64,000 nucleotides of DNA from NCBI GenBank assembly GCA_963701965.1, contig OY969695.1:1536001-1600000 (forward strand), in the 5' to 3' direction. The notes beneath the pieces were generated by a model that saw only the letters and a list, made by a program, of their open reading frames with translations, was not told where the DNA came from and made no database searches. Below, in pieces: positions 10,500 to 22,000 of this stretch (its first letter is position 1; every line of letters starts with the position of its first letter). This DNA is from an uncultured Gemmatimonadales bacterium. Lineage in GTDB: Bacteria; Gemmatimonadota; Gemmatimonadetes; Gemmatimonadales; Gemmatimonadaceae. Both the position numbers and the translations under genes were made by a program.

Positions 10500-13400
10500 A
10501 TGTCCTTCGTCCATCTCCACTGCCATTCGGAGTATTCCCTTCTCGACGGTGCAAACCGAATCGACGATCTGATCGGGCGGGCCAAGGAGTTTGAGCAGCC
10601 CGCCCTGGCGATCACCGACCACGGGAATATGCACGCCGCGTGGGAGTTCCAGGAGAAAGCGAAGAAGGCCGGCCTCAAACCGATCATCGGGATGGAGGCG
10701 TACGTTGCTCCCGGTCCCAGGCAGGCTCGACAGCGGGCGACGCCAACCGCCAAACCCTATTACCACTTGGTGCTGTTGGCCCGGGACGCGACCGGGTACA
10801 AGAATCTGGTCAAGCTCTCGTCCCTGGCGTACGTCGAGGGCTTCTACGCGAAGCCCAGGGTCGATCGCGAGTTGCTCCAACGGTACAACGCCGGCCTGAT
10901 CGTCTCCTCGGCCTGCATGGCCGGCGAGGTCGCGTCACATCTCCTGGCCGGCAACCAGGACGCCGCCAGGGAAGCCGCCGCCTGGTACGCCGAGGTCTTC
11001 CGGGACCGGTACTACCTCGAAGTCCAGGCCCACGACAGTGAGGGGCAGCGCGGGCTGAATACCCGGGTGTTTGCGCTCGCCGACGAGCTGGGGCTGCCGG
11101 TGATCGCGACCAACGACTCGCATTTTCTCAAGGCCGAGGATCACGACTCCCACGATGTGCTGCTGTGCATCGGATTGGGGAAGGACCGGGACGATGGGGA
11201 CCGGATGCGGTACGATCGGGGCCTGTACTTCAAGTCGGCGCCCGAGATCCAGGCCCACTTCGCCCCTTTCGGGGGCCGGACCGACGTCCTGGAGAACACC
11301 CTCAAGATCGCGGACGACGTCGGCATCCAGTTCGCGAAGAAGTACTATCTGCCGTCGTTCCCGTTGCCCGCTGGCGTCGAGACCGAGAACGACCTGCTGG
11401 TCCGGCTCGCCGAGGCCGGGGCCCACGAGCGCTACGGGGACTCCCTCCCCGCGGAGGTCCGCGAGCGGCTGGACTACGAACTCGGCGTGATCACGAAGAC
11501 CGGGTACGCCGGTTACTTCCTGATCGTCGCCGATTTCATCAAGGCGGCCCGGGATCGGGGCATCCCGGTCGGTCCGGGACGCGGCTCGGCGGCAGGGTCC
11601 CTGGTGGCTTATGCGCTCCGCATCACCGACGTCGATCCGCTCACGTTCGACCTGCTGTTCGAACGCTTTCTCAATCCCGATCGCGTCTCGATGCCGGATA
11701 TCGACGTCGATTTCTGCTTCGAGCGCCGCGGTGAGGTGATCGAGTACGTCCGCCAGAAATATGGCCGCGACTCGGTAGGTCAGATCGTGACGTTCGGCAC
11801 GCTCAAGTCGCGCGCCGCGATCAAGGACGTCGGCCGCACCCTCGGCTTCACGCCGGCGGAAACCGACGCGCTGGCCAAGCTGATCCCGAACCAGCCGAAC
11901 TACTCGCTCACGGTCCGCGAGGCGACCCGGCAGATCAGCGAGGTCCGGAAGCTCTACGACCAGGACGAGCGGTATCGCCAGCTGCTCGACTACGCGATCG
12001 CGCTGGAAGGCTTGTCCCGCCACTCCGGCGTCCACGCCGCCGGCGTCGTCATTGCTCCGGGTCCGCTCGACGACTACGTCCCCATCTTCACGACGACGAC
12101 GAAAGGCGCGGGCAGTGGTGGTTCGCGCGCCGACGACGAGACGGTCGTGGTGACGCAGTACGACATGACGGCGTTGGAAAAGGCCGGCATGCTGAAGATG
12201 GACTTTTTGGGGCTCACGACGCTCACGATCCTGACCTACGCCGTGGCGTCGATCAAGGACCGCACAGGCCAGGCCATCGATCTGGATACTTTGCCGCTGG
12301 ACGATGAGCCGACGTATCGCATGCTGCGGGCCGGACGCACGTCGGGCGTGTTCCAGTTCGAGTCGCCGCTGGCGACTGACATCCTGCGCAGCATGCGGTG
12401 CGACCGGTTCGACGACCTCGTGGCGTCGAACGCGCTGATGCGCCCGGGACCGCTCGACGCGGGCATGCACCGCGTCTATTGCAAGCGCAAGCGCGGCGAG
12501 GAACCGGTCAGCTACCTGCTCCCGGAGCTGGAACCGATCCTGTCGGCCACCTACGGCGTGATCACGTATCAAGAGCAAGTGATGCGGATCGCGCAGGTCC
12601 TGGCCGGCATCTCGCTCGCCGAAGCAGATGTCCTTCGGAAGGCGGTCGGTAAAAAAGATGCGGAGCTGATTCGCGCCGAGCTGGGGAAATTCGTCGAGAA
12701 GGCGGTGGCGCTGGGACGCCCGCGGCCCATCATCGAGGAGCTGGCCGCGCAGATCGAGACGTTCGGCCGCTACGGGTTCAACAAGTCCCACTCGGTCGCG
12801 TACTCGATCCTCTCCTACCAAACGGCGTGGCTCAAGACGCACTACGCGGCCGACTTCATGGCTGCCCTGCTCTCGTCGCAGATCGGCGACACGGACTCGG
12901 TCGTCAAGTACATCAATGAGGCCCGCGAGCTGGACCTCGAGGTGCTGCCGCCGGACGTCAACGAGTCGGGGTATCGGTTCACCGTCGTCGGCGACCAGCG
13001 TATCCGCTTCGGCCTGGGCGCCATTCGTAACGTGGGCCGTTCGGCGATCGACTCGATTCTCGCCGCGCGTCGGACCAAACCGTTCACCTCGCTCTTCGAT
13101 CTCGCCGAGCGGGTCGACCTGCGCCTCTGCAACAAGCGGGTCTTCGAAGCGCTGATCAACGCCGGCGCCCTCGACAACGTCGCCAAAGAGGGCCACCGGG
13201 CCGCGTATATCGACGCGCTGGACCGGGCCCTCAATGAGGCGTCATTGGTCCAGAACGAAGCGGCCAGCGGTCAGGGAAGCTTGTTCGGCGGGGGGGCGAT
13301 CGCCGGCACGGCCATGGTGCGGCAGCCGCTCAAGCTGGCGAACGTCGCGCCCTATAGCGAGACCGAACGCCTGGCCAAGGAAAAAGAGATCATCGGGTTC

Positions 13401-14009
13401 TATACGTCCGGCCACCCGCTCGACCCCTATCGGACCGAAGGCGAGCTGTTCGCGACCCACAAGGTCGCCCAGCTGGGTACCTGGTCGCCGGACGCGATCA
13501 AGCTGGCGGTGGTCATCACGGCGGTGAAGAAGCAGGTGAGCAAACGATCCGGCGCCGAGTTCGCCCGGTTGACAGTCGAGGATTTTTCCGGATCTTCAGA
13601 AGTCCTGGTGTTTCCCGAGGCCTGGGCGGCGCTGTCGGACCGCCTCCGCCCCAATGTCCCCGTCCTGCTCGAGGGCGCCTACAGTAAACGCGACCAAGGA
13701 GGCGAGAACCCGACTTTCATCGTCGAGACGGTCAAGAAGTTGGCGGAGTTGCGCACCAGTGGTCAGATGATCGTGTCCATCGATCTCGGACCGGGAACGA
13801 CGCTACCGCCCGAAGTCATGACCGACGTCCGCGCGGTCGTCAATGCGCACCCTGGCTCGGCGCCGCTGGAGATGCGGTGGTCGGATGGCAACGGCACCCG
13901 GGCGCGCTTGCGATCGCGCAGCGTGGCGTTGTCGGCCTCCAACGCGGCTCTCACGGAATTGCGTGCGCTGCTCGGCTCCGAGCGCGTGCGTCTCGTACGG
14001 GGAAACTGA
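10500..14009 (+). CDS. dnaE: DNA polymerase III alpha subunit
   Basis: PHP domain [41 protein letters not shown]-terminal OB fold. Confidence 0.98.
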   Translation: MSFVHLHCHSEYSLLDGANRIDDLIGRAKEFEQPALAITDHGNMHAAWEFQEKAKKAGLKPIIGMEAYVAPGPRQARQRATPTAKPYYHLVLLARDATGYKNLVKLSSLAYVEGFYAKPRVDRELLQRYNAGLIVSSACMAGEVASHLLAGNQDAAREAAAWYAEVFRDRYYLEVQAHDSEGQRGLNTRVFALADELGLPVIATNDSHFLKAEDHDSHDVLLCIGLGKDRDDGDRMRYDRGLYFKSAPEIQAHFAPFGGRTDVLENTLKIADDVGIQFAKKYYLPSFPLPAGVETENDLLVRLAEAGAHERYGDSLPAEVRERLDYELGVITKTGYAGYFLIVADFIKAARDRGIPVGPGRGSAAGSLVAYALRITDVDPLTFDLLFERFLNPDRVSMPDIDVDFCFERRGEVIEYVRQKYGRDSVGQIVTFGTLKSRAAIKDVGRTLGFTPAETDALAKLIPNQPNYSLTVREATRQISEVRKLYDQDERYRQLLDYAIALEGLSRHSGVHAAGVVIAPGPLDDYVPIFTTTTKGAGSGGSRADDETVVVTQYDMTALEKAGMLKMDFLGLTTLTILTYAVASIKDRTGQAIDLDTLPLDDEPTYRMLRAGRTSGVFQFESPLATDILRSMRCDRFDDLVASNALMRPGPLDAGMHRVYCKRKRGEEPVSYLLPELEPILSATYGVITYQEQVMRIAQVLAGISLAEADVLRKAVGKKDAELIRAELGKFVEKAVALGRPRPIIEELAAQIETFGRYGFNKSHSVAYSILSYQTAWLKTHYAADFMAALLSSQIGDTDSVVKYINEARELDLEVLPPDVNESGYRFTVVGDQRIRFGLGAIRNVGRSAIDSILAARRTKPFTSLFDLAERVDLRLCNKRVFEALINAGALDNVAKEGHRAAYIDALDRALNEASLVQNEAASGQGSLFGGGAIAGTAMVRQPLKLANVAPYSETERLAKEKEIIGFYTSGHPLDPYRTEGELFATHKVAQLGTWSPDAIKLAVVITAVKKQVSKRSGAEFARLTVEDFSGSSEVLVFPEAWAALSDRLRPNVPVLLEGAYSKRDQGGENPTFIVETVKKLAELRTSGQMIVSIDLGPGTTLPPEVMTDVRAVVNAHPGSAPLEMRWSDGNGTRARLRSRSVALSASNAALTELRALLGSERVRLVRGN

Positions 14010-14014
14010 TTCCA

Positions 14015-14988
14015 ATGGCTACCACCGCCAACACGCTGGAATTCGAACGGCCGATCGCCGAGCTCGAGCGCCAGATCGAAGAGCTCAAGCGCACCTGGGC
14101 GCGCAGCAGGTCCCCGCCCCGGAAGAGATCGCGCCGCTGGAAAAAAAGCTGACGGAGCTCCGGGTCGAGATCTACCGCAATCTGACACCCTTGCAGCGCG
14201 TGCAAGTGGCGCGCAGCAGCAAGCGCCCGTTCACCGCCGACTACCTGCGGCTCGCCTTCACGGATTTCATCGAGCTGCACGGCGACCGCGCGTTCCGCAA
14301 TGACGCCGCCGTCATCGGCGGGTGGGCACGCCTGGATGGCGAGACGGTCATGGTGATCGGCCACCAGCGGGGGCGCGACACCAAGGAGAACCTGCGCCGC
14401 AACTTCGGCATGCCACACCCCGAGGGCTATCGCAAGGCTCTCCGGCACATGAAGCTGGCGGAGAAGTTCCGGGTGCCGGTCCTCACGTTCATCGACACCC
14501 CAGGGGCGTGGGCCGGCCTGGGTGCCGAGGAGCGCGGACAGTCGGAGGCGATCGCCCGCAACCTCTACGAGATGAGCGCGCTCGAGGTCCCGATTATTGC
14601 CACCGTGATCGGCGAAGGCGGATCGGGAGGCGCGTTGGCGCTGGGCGTGGCGGACCGCGTCTTGATGATGGAGAACGCGGTCTACTCGGTGATCACCGTG
14701 GAAGGTTGCGCGGCTATCTTATGGAAGGACGGCAAGAGCCCGGAGATGCGCGAGCGGGCCGCGGACGCGCTCCGGCTCACGGCGCCCGATCTCTTCGAAC
14801 TGCGGGTGATCGACGAGATCATCCCCGAGCCGCCGGGTGGCGCGCAGAGCGACCACGGCGCGGCTGCCAAGGCCGTGCAGCAGGCGCTGATCCGCAATCT
14901 CGAAGAGCTGCGCAATCTCAAACCGGACAAACTGGTGCGGCGCCGGCGCGAGAAGTTCCTCAAGATGGGTCAGGTCACCGAGGCGTAG
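14015..14988 (+). CDS. accA: Acetyl-CoA carboxylase carboxyltransferase alpha (one-base frameshift near 14095)
   Basis: [11 protein letters not shown]-terminus in one frame, then [34 protein letters not shown] in the -1 frame. Lies directly after dnaE. Confidence 0.95.
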
Positions 14989-16050
14989 TTGCTGATCGAG
15001 ATCGCGTTCAAGGGCAATCGCAAGGAGTTCTTCACCTGGGACGGCGAGGAGCCGCCGCCACTCAAGGCGGCGATCATCGTCGACGCCGACCGGGGCGAAG
15101 ACCTCGGGCACGTGCACGCCCTGGGCGAACTGGCGCAAAAACGCTGCGTCGGCTGCTCGCACGGGTGTGGCACCGCGCCTCCGGCGCGGCGCGCGCTCCG
15201 CCTCGCCACGTCGTCCGAGATTCGCCAAGCCCGGGACGTCCGGTCCCAGGACGAGCCGGCGCGGCGGAAGGGCTCGGAGCGCGTGAAAGCCCACGGCCTG
15301 GTCATGAAACTGTCCGACGCCGAGTGGCAGTGGGATCGCAAGAAGCTGACGTTCTATTTCACGGCTGAGAAGCGCGTCGACTTTCGGAATCTCGTCCGCG
15401 ACCTGGCGTCGCTGTTCCGGGCGCGCATTGAGCTCAAGCAGATCGGCGTCCGCGACGAGGCCAAGCGCCTCGACGGGATTGGCCGGTGCGGGCGACAATA
15501 CTGCTCGGCGGCCTGGCTGCCGGAGCTTCGGCCGGTCAACCTCGGCGTGGCGAAGGACCAGCGCCTCTCGCTCAATCCGTCGCAGATCTCCGGGGCCTGC
15601 GGGCGCCTCATGTGCTGCCTGCGCTACGAGCACGAGTTCTACGTCCAGAGCCGCAAACGCTTTCCCAAAGAGGGGAAGGTCATCGTCACGACGAAGGGCG
15701 AGGAGAAAGTCGTGACCAACGACATCTTCCACGAGCGCGTGACCCTGCGCGCGCCGGACGGCGAGACCCGCATCGTGCCGCTGGCGCTGCTCAAGGCCGA
15801 AATGAACGGCGGCGCCGTCGCGCCGGTCGAAGAGACGCCGGTCGAAGAGAGCCTCGAAGGGGAGATGGCTCAGATAGACGAGATCGACGAGATCCCGCCG
15901 GATACGGGCACCTACGCCGTCGCAATGCGCGTCGAACCCGTCACCGCGACACCCGTGACCGCTGACCCGGAGCCTGCGAAGAAGCGGCGGCGGGGCCGGC
16001 GCGGGGGCCGTCGGGGCCGCGGCAAAGGACCGGAGAAAGAAACCGAGTGA
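14989..16050 (+). CDS. ricT: PSP1-domain protein, RicT/YaaT family
   Basis: FYFTAEKRVDFR, IELKQIGVRDEA, CGRQYCS, ISGACGRLMCCLRYE. Lies upstream of metG. Confidence 0.9.
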   Translation: MLIEIAFKGNRKEFFTWDGEEPPPLKAAIIVDADRGEDLGHVHALGELAQKRCVGCSHGCGTAPPARRALRLATSSEIRQARDVRSQDEPARRKGSERVKAHGLVMKLSDAEWQWDRKKLTFYFTAEKRVDFRNLVRDLASLFRARIELKQIGVRDEAKRLDGIGRCGRQYCSAAWLPELRPVNLGVAKDQRLSLNPSQISGACGRLMCCLRYEHEFYVQSRKRFPKEGKVIVTTKGEEKVVTNDIFHERVTLRAPDGETRIVPLALLKAEMNGGAVAPVEETPVEESLEGEMAQIDEIDEIPPDTGTYAVAMRVEPVTATPVTADPEPAKKRRRGRRGGRRGRGKGPEKETE

Positions 16051-17576
16051 CGCGGACGTACCTGACGACCGCGATCGACTACGCGAACGGAGAGCCCCAT
16101 CTCGGACACGCGGTCGAGAAGATCGGCGCCGACGTCTACGCGCGGTATCGACGCATGTCCGGCGACCGGGTCCATTTTCTCATCGGGATGGACGAGCACG
16201 GGACCAAGGTCGCCCAGGCGGCCGCCGATCGCGGCGTGACCCCGCAGGAGCAGACGGACCGGATCGCCGCGAGCTTCCAGCAAATGTGGCGCCGGCTCGG
16301 CATCTCCAACGATCAGTTCATGCGCACGACGAGCCCGGCACACCGCGCGGGCGTGACGGCGCTGCTCAACCGCATCTTCGAGCGAAGCCCCGGCGATTTT
16401 TACGAGCGATCGTACGAGGGCTGGTACTGCGTCGGGTGCGAGGCGTTCAAGACCGACGCCGAGATCGTCAATGGGCGCTGCGGGTTGCACCCCACGCGCG
16501 TGCTGGAGTGGGTGGCCGAGCGCAACTGGTTTTTCCGGCTGAGCCACTACACGGGGTTCCTGCGTCGGCATATCGAGGCCCACCCGTCGTTCATCTTTCC
16601 CGAGATCCGGCGCAACGAGATCACGGCCTTGCTCGATCGGGGCCTGGAAAATGTTTCGGCGAGCCGCACGAAGCTGGCCTGGGGCATCCCGTTTCCGCGC
16701 CCGACGAGCGACGGCACCGCCCAGACGACGTACGTGTGGTTCAATGCGCTCCCCAACTACCTGACGGCCACCGGGTTTCCCGAGGCCGGGTACGATCAAT
16801 GGTGGCCCGCGCAGGTCCACTTCATCGGCAAGGACATCACGCGCTTTCACTGCGTGATCTGGCCGGCCATGCTCGAGGCCGCCGGGTTGCCGCTGCCCGA
16901 ACGCGTCTGGGCCCACGGGTTCGTCACGACCGGTGGGGACAGAATGAGCAAGTCGGCCGGCGTCCGTATCGAGCTGGCGGACGCGGTCGAGCGGCACGGA
17001 CCCGACGCGCTGCGGTACTATCTCATGCGGGATGTGCCGTTCAACGGCGACGGCGAGTTCTCGTGGGAGCGCTTCAATGCCGTCTACACGTCCGACCTGG
17101 CCAACGCGTTTGGCAATCTGGCCAGTCGGACGGTGTCAATGGTCGAGCGCTACTGCGGCGGCCTCGTGCCCGCCGGCCGGGCGAACGCCATCGACTCGGC
17201 CGATCTCCAGGACCTCGCGCGCTATCACGAGAGCATGGGCGGCGCGCGCGGCTACGTGCCGCACGAGGCCCTGCGCGCCCTCTGGCTGACCATCGCCCGC
17301 GCCAACGAGTACGTCGATCGCCAGGCGCCCTGGAAGCTCGCCAAGGACTCCGGTCAGCGGGACGCGCTGGACGAGACGCTGGCGAGTCTCATGCGGCAGC
17401 TCGTCCGTCAGGCGGTCGCCGTGGCGCCGTTCATCCCCGAGCGCGCCGAGGAGCTGTGGCGGCAACTCGGCGCGCCCGGGTCGGTGCGCGATCAACGCTT
17501 CGACACGACCCTCTCGCCGACCGGCTGGCGGGTGAACAAGGGCGCGCCGCTCTTTCCCAAAGAGGCTGTCGCTTAG
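16047..17576 (+). CDS. metG: Methionine--tRNA ligase (short form, no C-terminal tRNA-binding domain)
   Basis: YANGEPHLGH, GMDEHG, CVGC..C..H knuckle, GKDITRFH, RMSKS. Confidence 0.96.
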   Translation: MTRTYLTTAIDYANGEPHLGHAVEKIGADVYARYRRMSGDRVHFLIGMDEHGTKVAQAAADRGVTPQEQTDRIAASFQQMWRRLGISNDQFMRTTSPAHRAGVTALLNRIFERSPGDFYERSYEGWYCVGCEAFKTDAEIVNGRCGLHPTRVLEWVAERNWFFRLSHYTGFLRRHIEAHPSFIFPEIRRNEITALLDRGLENVSASRTKLAWGIPFPRPTSDGTAQTTYVWFNALPNYLTATGFPEAGYDQWWPAQVHFIGKDITRFHCVIWPAMLEAAGLPLPERVWAHGFVTTGGDRMSKSAGVRIELADAVERHGPDALRYYLMRDVPFNGDGEFSWERFNAVYTSDLANAFGNLASRTVSMVERYCGGLVPAGRANAIDSADLQDLARYHESMGGARGYVPHEALRALWLTIARANEYVDRQAPWKLAKDSGQRDALDETLASLMRQLVRQAVAVAPFIPERAEELWRQLGAPGSVRDQRFDTTLSPTGWRVNKGAPLFPKEAVA

Positions 17577-17582
17577 GGTTGC

Positions 17583-19004
17583 CTACGGGTTTCGATCAAT
17601 GCAACCGTGATAGTTCGGGTTATTGGCTTCGTCCGACGATCCGGGGAAGTTGACGTCGCTCCCGTAGGTCCCCCCGCCCGGCAACGCGCCTGTGGGAAAG
17701 ACCTGCGCCTGGTTGAAGCCATACTGTCGGACGAGCCGTCGGAGATCGCTCAGCCGGTGACCGGTGAGAAAGAGATCGAACGCCCGCTCCCGGAAGAACT
17801 GCAGCCGCGGGTCCAGAGCGTGATTCCCGTTGATGGAGTCGAGCGGAATCGGCCCGACGGGCGCGAACGTCGGCGGCTGGAACTGCGCGCGCGCCGAGTC
17901 GAGGTTCGCCTTTTCCGCGGTGAAGCTCAATGTTTTGAGGGCCGCCTCGGCGAGAATGAGCTTGGCCTCAATGCCGTCGGCCACATCGACATTGCTGGAC
18001 GCTTGGGGGTACTTGATCTGGTTCATGAACGGGAAGCTGATCCCGTTGAACCCGAACTGTTGGGTGTTCTGGACCGGGACCCGGGGATCCACGGTGGGGT
18101 TCGCGTTCGTCGTCGTATCCGTAAACTGGAGACCGTTCACACCCTCGACGTCCGAGACTGAGAGGAGGAATCCGCCCGGAGCACCGAAAAACCAAATGCC
18201 ATTGTTCTGCTTCACCGTGTTGATCGAGAATTCCATCTGGTAGGTGAAGTTCGCGGGCACGGAGGCGACCGCCGCCGCGGCGCCGGCGTAGTTCGCCTGA
18301 TCCAGCAGCACGCGGCCGATGCCGACCTCCGCCGCATTGAGGTAGATCTGCGCCTCCGCCGCTGTCGCCGCATCGCCCGCGTCGTTCGCGGCGGTGATCG
18401 CGCCTTGCGCGAGTGTCGCGGCCCGCCGGAAATCCGCGAGCGCGATCGCGTAGATCTGGGCGGTCGTCAGGGGTTGGCCGTAGGTGATCGTCCCGTCGAA
18501 ACCCAGCGTGCTGAACGGGATGCCAGAGCAGTAGTTCTCGGCGAACATCACGTACGTGAAGCCGGCCAGGGCGACGACCTCGGCGTGGCCGACGTTGGGC
18601 GGATCGAACTTCTGGTACGCCGTATCCGTCCGCTCGACCGACACGCGGGCCTTCTGAAGATCCAGGAAGAGGCCGCGCAGCGAGGCGTTCACCGCGAGGG
18701 CAATGCGATCGTCGACCTGGATGCGCGTGGGGAACGTCTCTTCGTTCGTCAGTTCATCGACGAACATCCCCGTCATGTTAATGTGGCCTTCGTGGCTGTT
18801 GCCGCCCGCGTCGGCCGACCCGGCGAACGCGATTTGGAAATCGCCGATCGCCGAGAGCCGCGCCGTCTCGAGATTGCCCTTGCTGCCGTAGAGGGCTTCG
18901 GGCGACGTGGTATCGCGGTCGACGGGATGGAGCGTCGCCCCGGGGTCGCAGGCGGCGACGGCGGCCATCACCAGCGCGACGGACACCCACGTCCTGGTCA
19001 CCAT
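17583..19004 (-). CDS. SusD/RagB-family lipoprotein (pair 1)
   Basis: Lipobox VAAC from ATG 19004, LILAEA, ERAFDLFLTGHRLSDLRR. Lies directly after SusC. Confidence 0.85.
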   Translation of the reverse strand: MVTRTWVSVALVMAAVAACDPGATLHPVDRDTTSPEALYGSKGNLETARLSAIGDFQIAFAGSADAGGNSHEGHINMTGMFVDELTNEETFPTRIQVDDRIALAVNASLRGLFLDLQKARVSVERTDTAYQKFDPPNVGHAEVVALAGFTYVMFAENYCSGIPFSTLGFDGTITYGQPLTTAQIYAIALADFRRAATLAQGAITAANDAGDAATAAEAQIYLNAAEVGIGRVLLDQANYAGAAAAVASVPANFTYQMEFSINTVKQNNGIWFFGAPGGFLLSVSDVEGVNGLQFTDTTTNANPTVDPRVPVQNTQQFGFNGISFPFMNQIKYPQASSNVDVADGIEAKLILAEAALKTLSFTAEKANLDSARAQFQPPTFAPVGPIPLDSINGNHALDPRLQFFRERAFDLFLTGHRLSDLRRLVRQYGFNQAQVFPTGALPGGGTYGSDVNFPGSSDEANNPNYHGCIDRNP

Positions 19005-22000
19005 GTGATGTTTACCCGCCCCGTCCAGTACCGCACCGGGGGCTGCGTGAGGAAATCCGACGAAGTGAACTGGTCGCTGTCGAACCCGAAGTTGATTTCG
19101 GGGTCGAACCCGCGGTAGTTCGTCCAGGTGTGCAGGTTGCGGCCGGAGATGGAGAAGCTCATGTCGGACGCGCCGATCTTCTGCGCCCATTTCCGCGGCG
19201 CGGTCAGCGTGACGGTGAGCTCGCGCCATTTCCAGAACGACCCATCCTCGAAAAATCCCGCGTCGCTGCCCGTGCCCAGTCCGGCGCCGGCGAATCCGGA
19301 AACCACGGCGGCGGCCTGTTGGTTGAGCGGCGTGCTCTTGACGTAAAGCGCCGGACAGATCTCGAAGGCGAACCCGCAGCGGAACTCCTCCGTGCCGTTG
19401 TACGTGAGGACGCCGGCGTGACGATCGAAGACGGCGGAGACCTTTATGAAGTGAAAGAGGGTGATCGCGGGCGAGAGGGAGTATTCGTCGGACGGCTGCG
19501 AGTTGCCAAAGAATTGGAGATTGGGGCCGACGGTGATCTCGTTCGCCTCGATGATGCCGTCGTGGTTGACGTCCTTGAACGTGTAGGGATATGACCAGAA
19601 TCCACCAAGGGAGTACCCTGGCGTGTGCTCCTGGGTATCGGACGCGTTGCCGGCATCGAACGTGATGGGCGAGATCCCCTGGCCCAGCTTCACCAGCTTG
19701 TTGTGGTTGACGGATGCCGTCACCCCGAGATCGGCGCGGATGTTGCGCGAATCGACCAGCGTGCCGTTGATGCCCAGCTCGAAGCCTTTGTTCGTGACCT
19801 CGCCGAGGTTGACGAACTGTACGTCGGCACCCGTCGACGGCGCGAGCACTCGCTGCACGAGCGCCTGGTTGGTCTGCTTGCTGTAAATCGTGGCGTCGAC
19901 CGTAATGCGGTCCTTCCAGAACCCGGCGTCGAATCCGCCCTCGAACTCGCGCGTCCGTTCCGGGGAGAGCTGCGGATTGCCGAACAAGCTGTCCGTCGCC
20001 GAAGCCAGATCCACTCCGGCCTTCTTGGTAGCACGTGCGACGGCCGCGTTCGACGCTTGCCGAAACTGCGGGAACTGGCCGGACTCGCCGTATGCCGCGC
20101 GGAGCCGGAGCGAGCTCACGATGTCCGTTTTGGGGAAAAACGGTTCCTCCCCGATGACCCACGACGCGCTGACGGATGGATAGAATTGCGCGGGCACGTC
20201 GGTACCGAACGAGCTGACCTCGTCACCGCGGAGTGCTCCCGTCAAGAAGACCTTGTCCCGCCAGGCGAACTGCTGTTGCAGGAAGCCGCCGGGCTGGGCA
20301 ATGGTGGTGTTGCCAGCGAAAGGCAGCGCGAGATTCGTCGTGCAACCCGCGATCGTGCCGGTGCCGGGGACCTGCGTCGTGCAGTTGGCCTGCACGCCGT
20401 TCACGACCGTCTGCACGAACTGCATGCCGATTGACGACGTCCCTTTGATCGACTCGTTGATCGGGTATTGGGCCGAGGCGGTGCTGGTCGCCGTCCACGT
20501 GTAGTGCTTCGACGGGTTTTCTTGCGACTGGCCGTTGCTCAGCTGGCTCCCGGCAGGGAAGACGCCGGGGGGCAGTTTCACCACATCGAAGATCGTGGAG
20601 TAGTCGAGTCCCGCGGTATTGATCCACGAAAACCACTCGAGGGGGTGCCAGTTCGCCGTCGCGCCAACGGTGAACCGGTCCGTCGATTGATCCGTGAGGT
20701 AGCCCGCGAGCAGTTGCGGTGTGACGCCCGAGGAAAACCCTTTCGTCACGGGGTCGAAGAACGGCTGTCCGAGGAGTCCGCCACTCAGCACGCCGAAGGA
20801 CGCGTTGTCATTCTGGGGAAGCCCGGTGACCCCTGCGAGGTACCCGACGTTGATGGAGGCATCGAACTTGGGGGACAGCACCGTGTGCAGATTCGACCGC
20901 ACATTGGCGCGTTTCGCGGTGTTGTTCGCGTAGACGCCCTGTTCCTTGTAGTAGTCGCCGGCCACGAAGATCGTGGCCACGTCGGTCCCTCCCGAGACCG
21001 ATCCCCCGTATCCCGATCGATAGCCGGCGACAAACGGCGAGAACGTCTGGAGTGGATTGAACGAGAACAAGCCGCCACCGGCCACCGGTGTGCAGTCGCC
21101 GGCGCCTTGCGCCGCCAACGTGCAGAATCCCGTGGTATCACCAAACGCATCGACGCCGTTCCGTCCATAGTTGGCCGGCATATCGGTGTAGTTGCGCACC
21201 GATCCGTATTCGACGTGCCCGTTCCACTCCGCGTGCCCCGCTCGCCCTTTCTTCGTAATGACCTGGATCACGCCGTTGGCGCCCGCGGACCCGTAAAGGG
21301 CCGACGCGGCCGGGCCCTTCAGGATCGTCACGTCTTCGATCTCGTCGGGATTGAGATCGTCGAAGCGGGACGGCGCCTGGCCGCCAACGAAGACGCTGGA
21401 GGAGAACGCCGCCTCGGTGTTGTCGACGCGCACGCCGTCGATCACGAGGAGTGGCTGATTGTCGAGCGACGCGCTGTTGGAGCCCCGGATGCGAATGCGC
21501 GAGCCGCCGCCCGTGGTGCCGGACTGCATCTGCACCGAAACGCCCGCTTCGCGCGAGGAGAGCACGTCGGAGAAGTTCGCCACCGCGGTCGCCGGGATGG
21601 AGTCGACGTTGAGTGTGGCGACACTCATGCCTTCCTCGCGCTTCCGCTCCAATGCGCCGGTCGCGGTGACCACGATCTGATCGAGCTCAACCTTGCTTTG
21701 GGTCAGCGCGAAATCGACGGTGAGTGTGCCCGTGTCGGGGACCGTCACCGTCTTGTTGGACGCCACATACCCGAGACGCAGGGCCGACAGCGTGATCGAA
21801 CCCGTGTGCAATCCGGCGAGCCGATACGTGCCGTCGGCCCGTGTTGATGTGCCTAGAGTAGTACCCGTCACGCGCACCTGCGCGTCGGGGATACCGGTAT
21901 TGGTTGCGGTGTCGGTCACGCGGCCGACGACGATCGCGCGCTGGGCCCACGCCGGGGAGCAGATCCCTACGGCGGCCGTGCAAACCAGGACCAGTTGTCG

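Noticed and set aside
10935..13196. Long antisense ORFs opposite dnaE (also opposite pdh, atp, susC and the kinase)
   Set aside because: Expected shadow frames in high-GC coding DNA, with no recognisable motifs.
10500..14009. Intein or split in dnaE
   Set aside because: Length and motif order are normal. Only a short Gly/Ser loop insertion is present.
19005..20162. 859-aa ORF extending SusD1 upstream inside susC1 (possible frameshift fusion)
   Set aside because: The upstream part is Arg/Gly-rich off-frame translation of high-GC DNA. The real SusD begins at the lipoprotein signal (ATG 19004), and no slippery site was seen.
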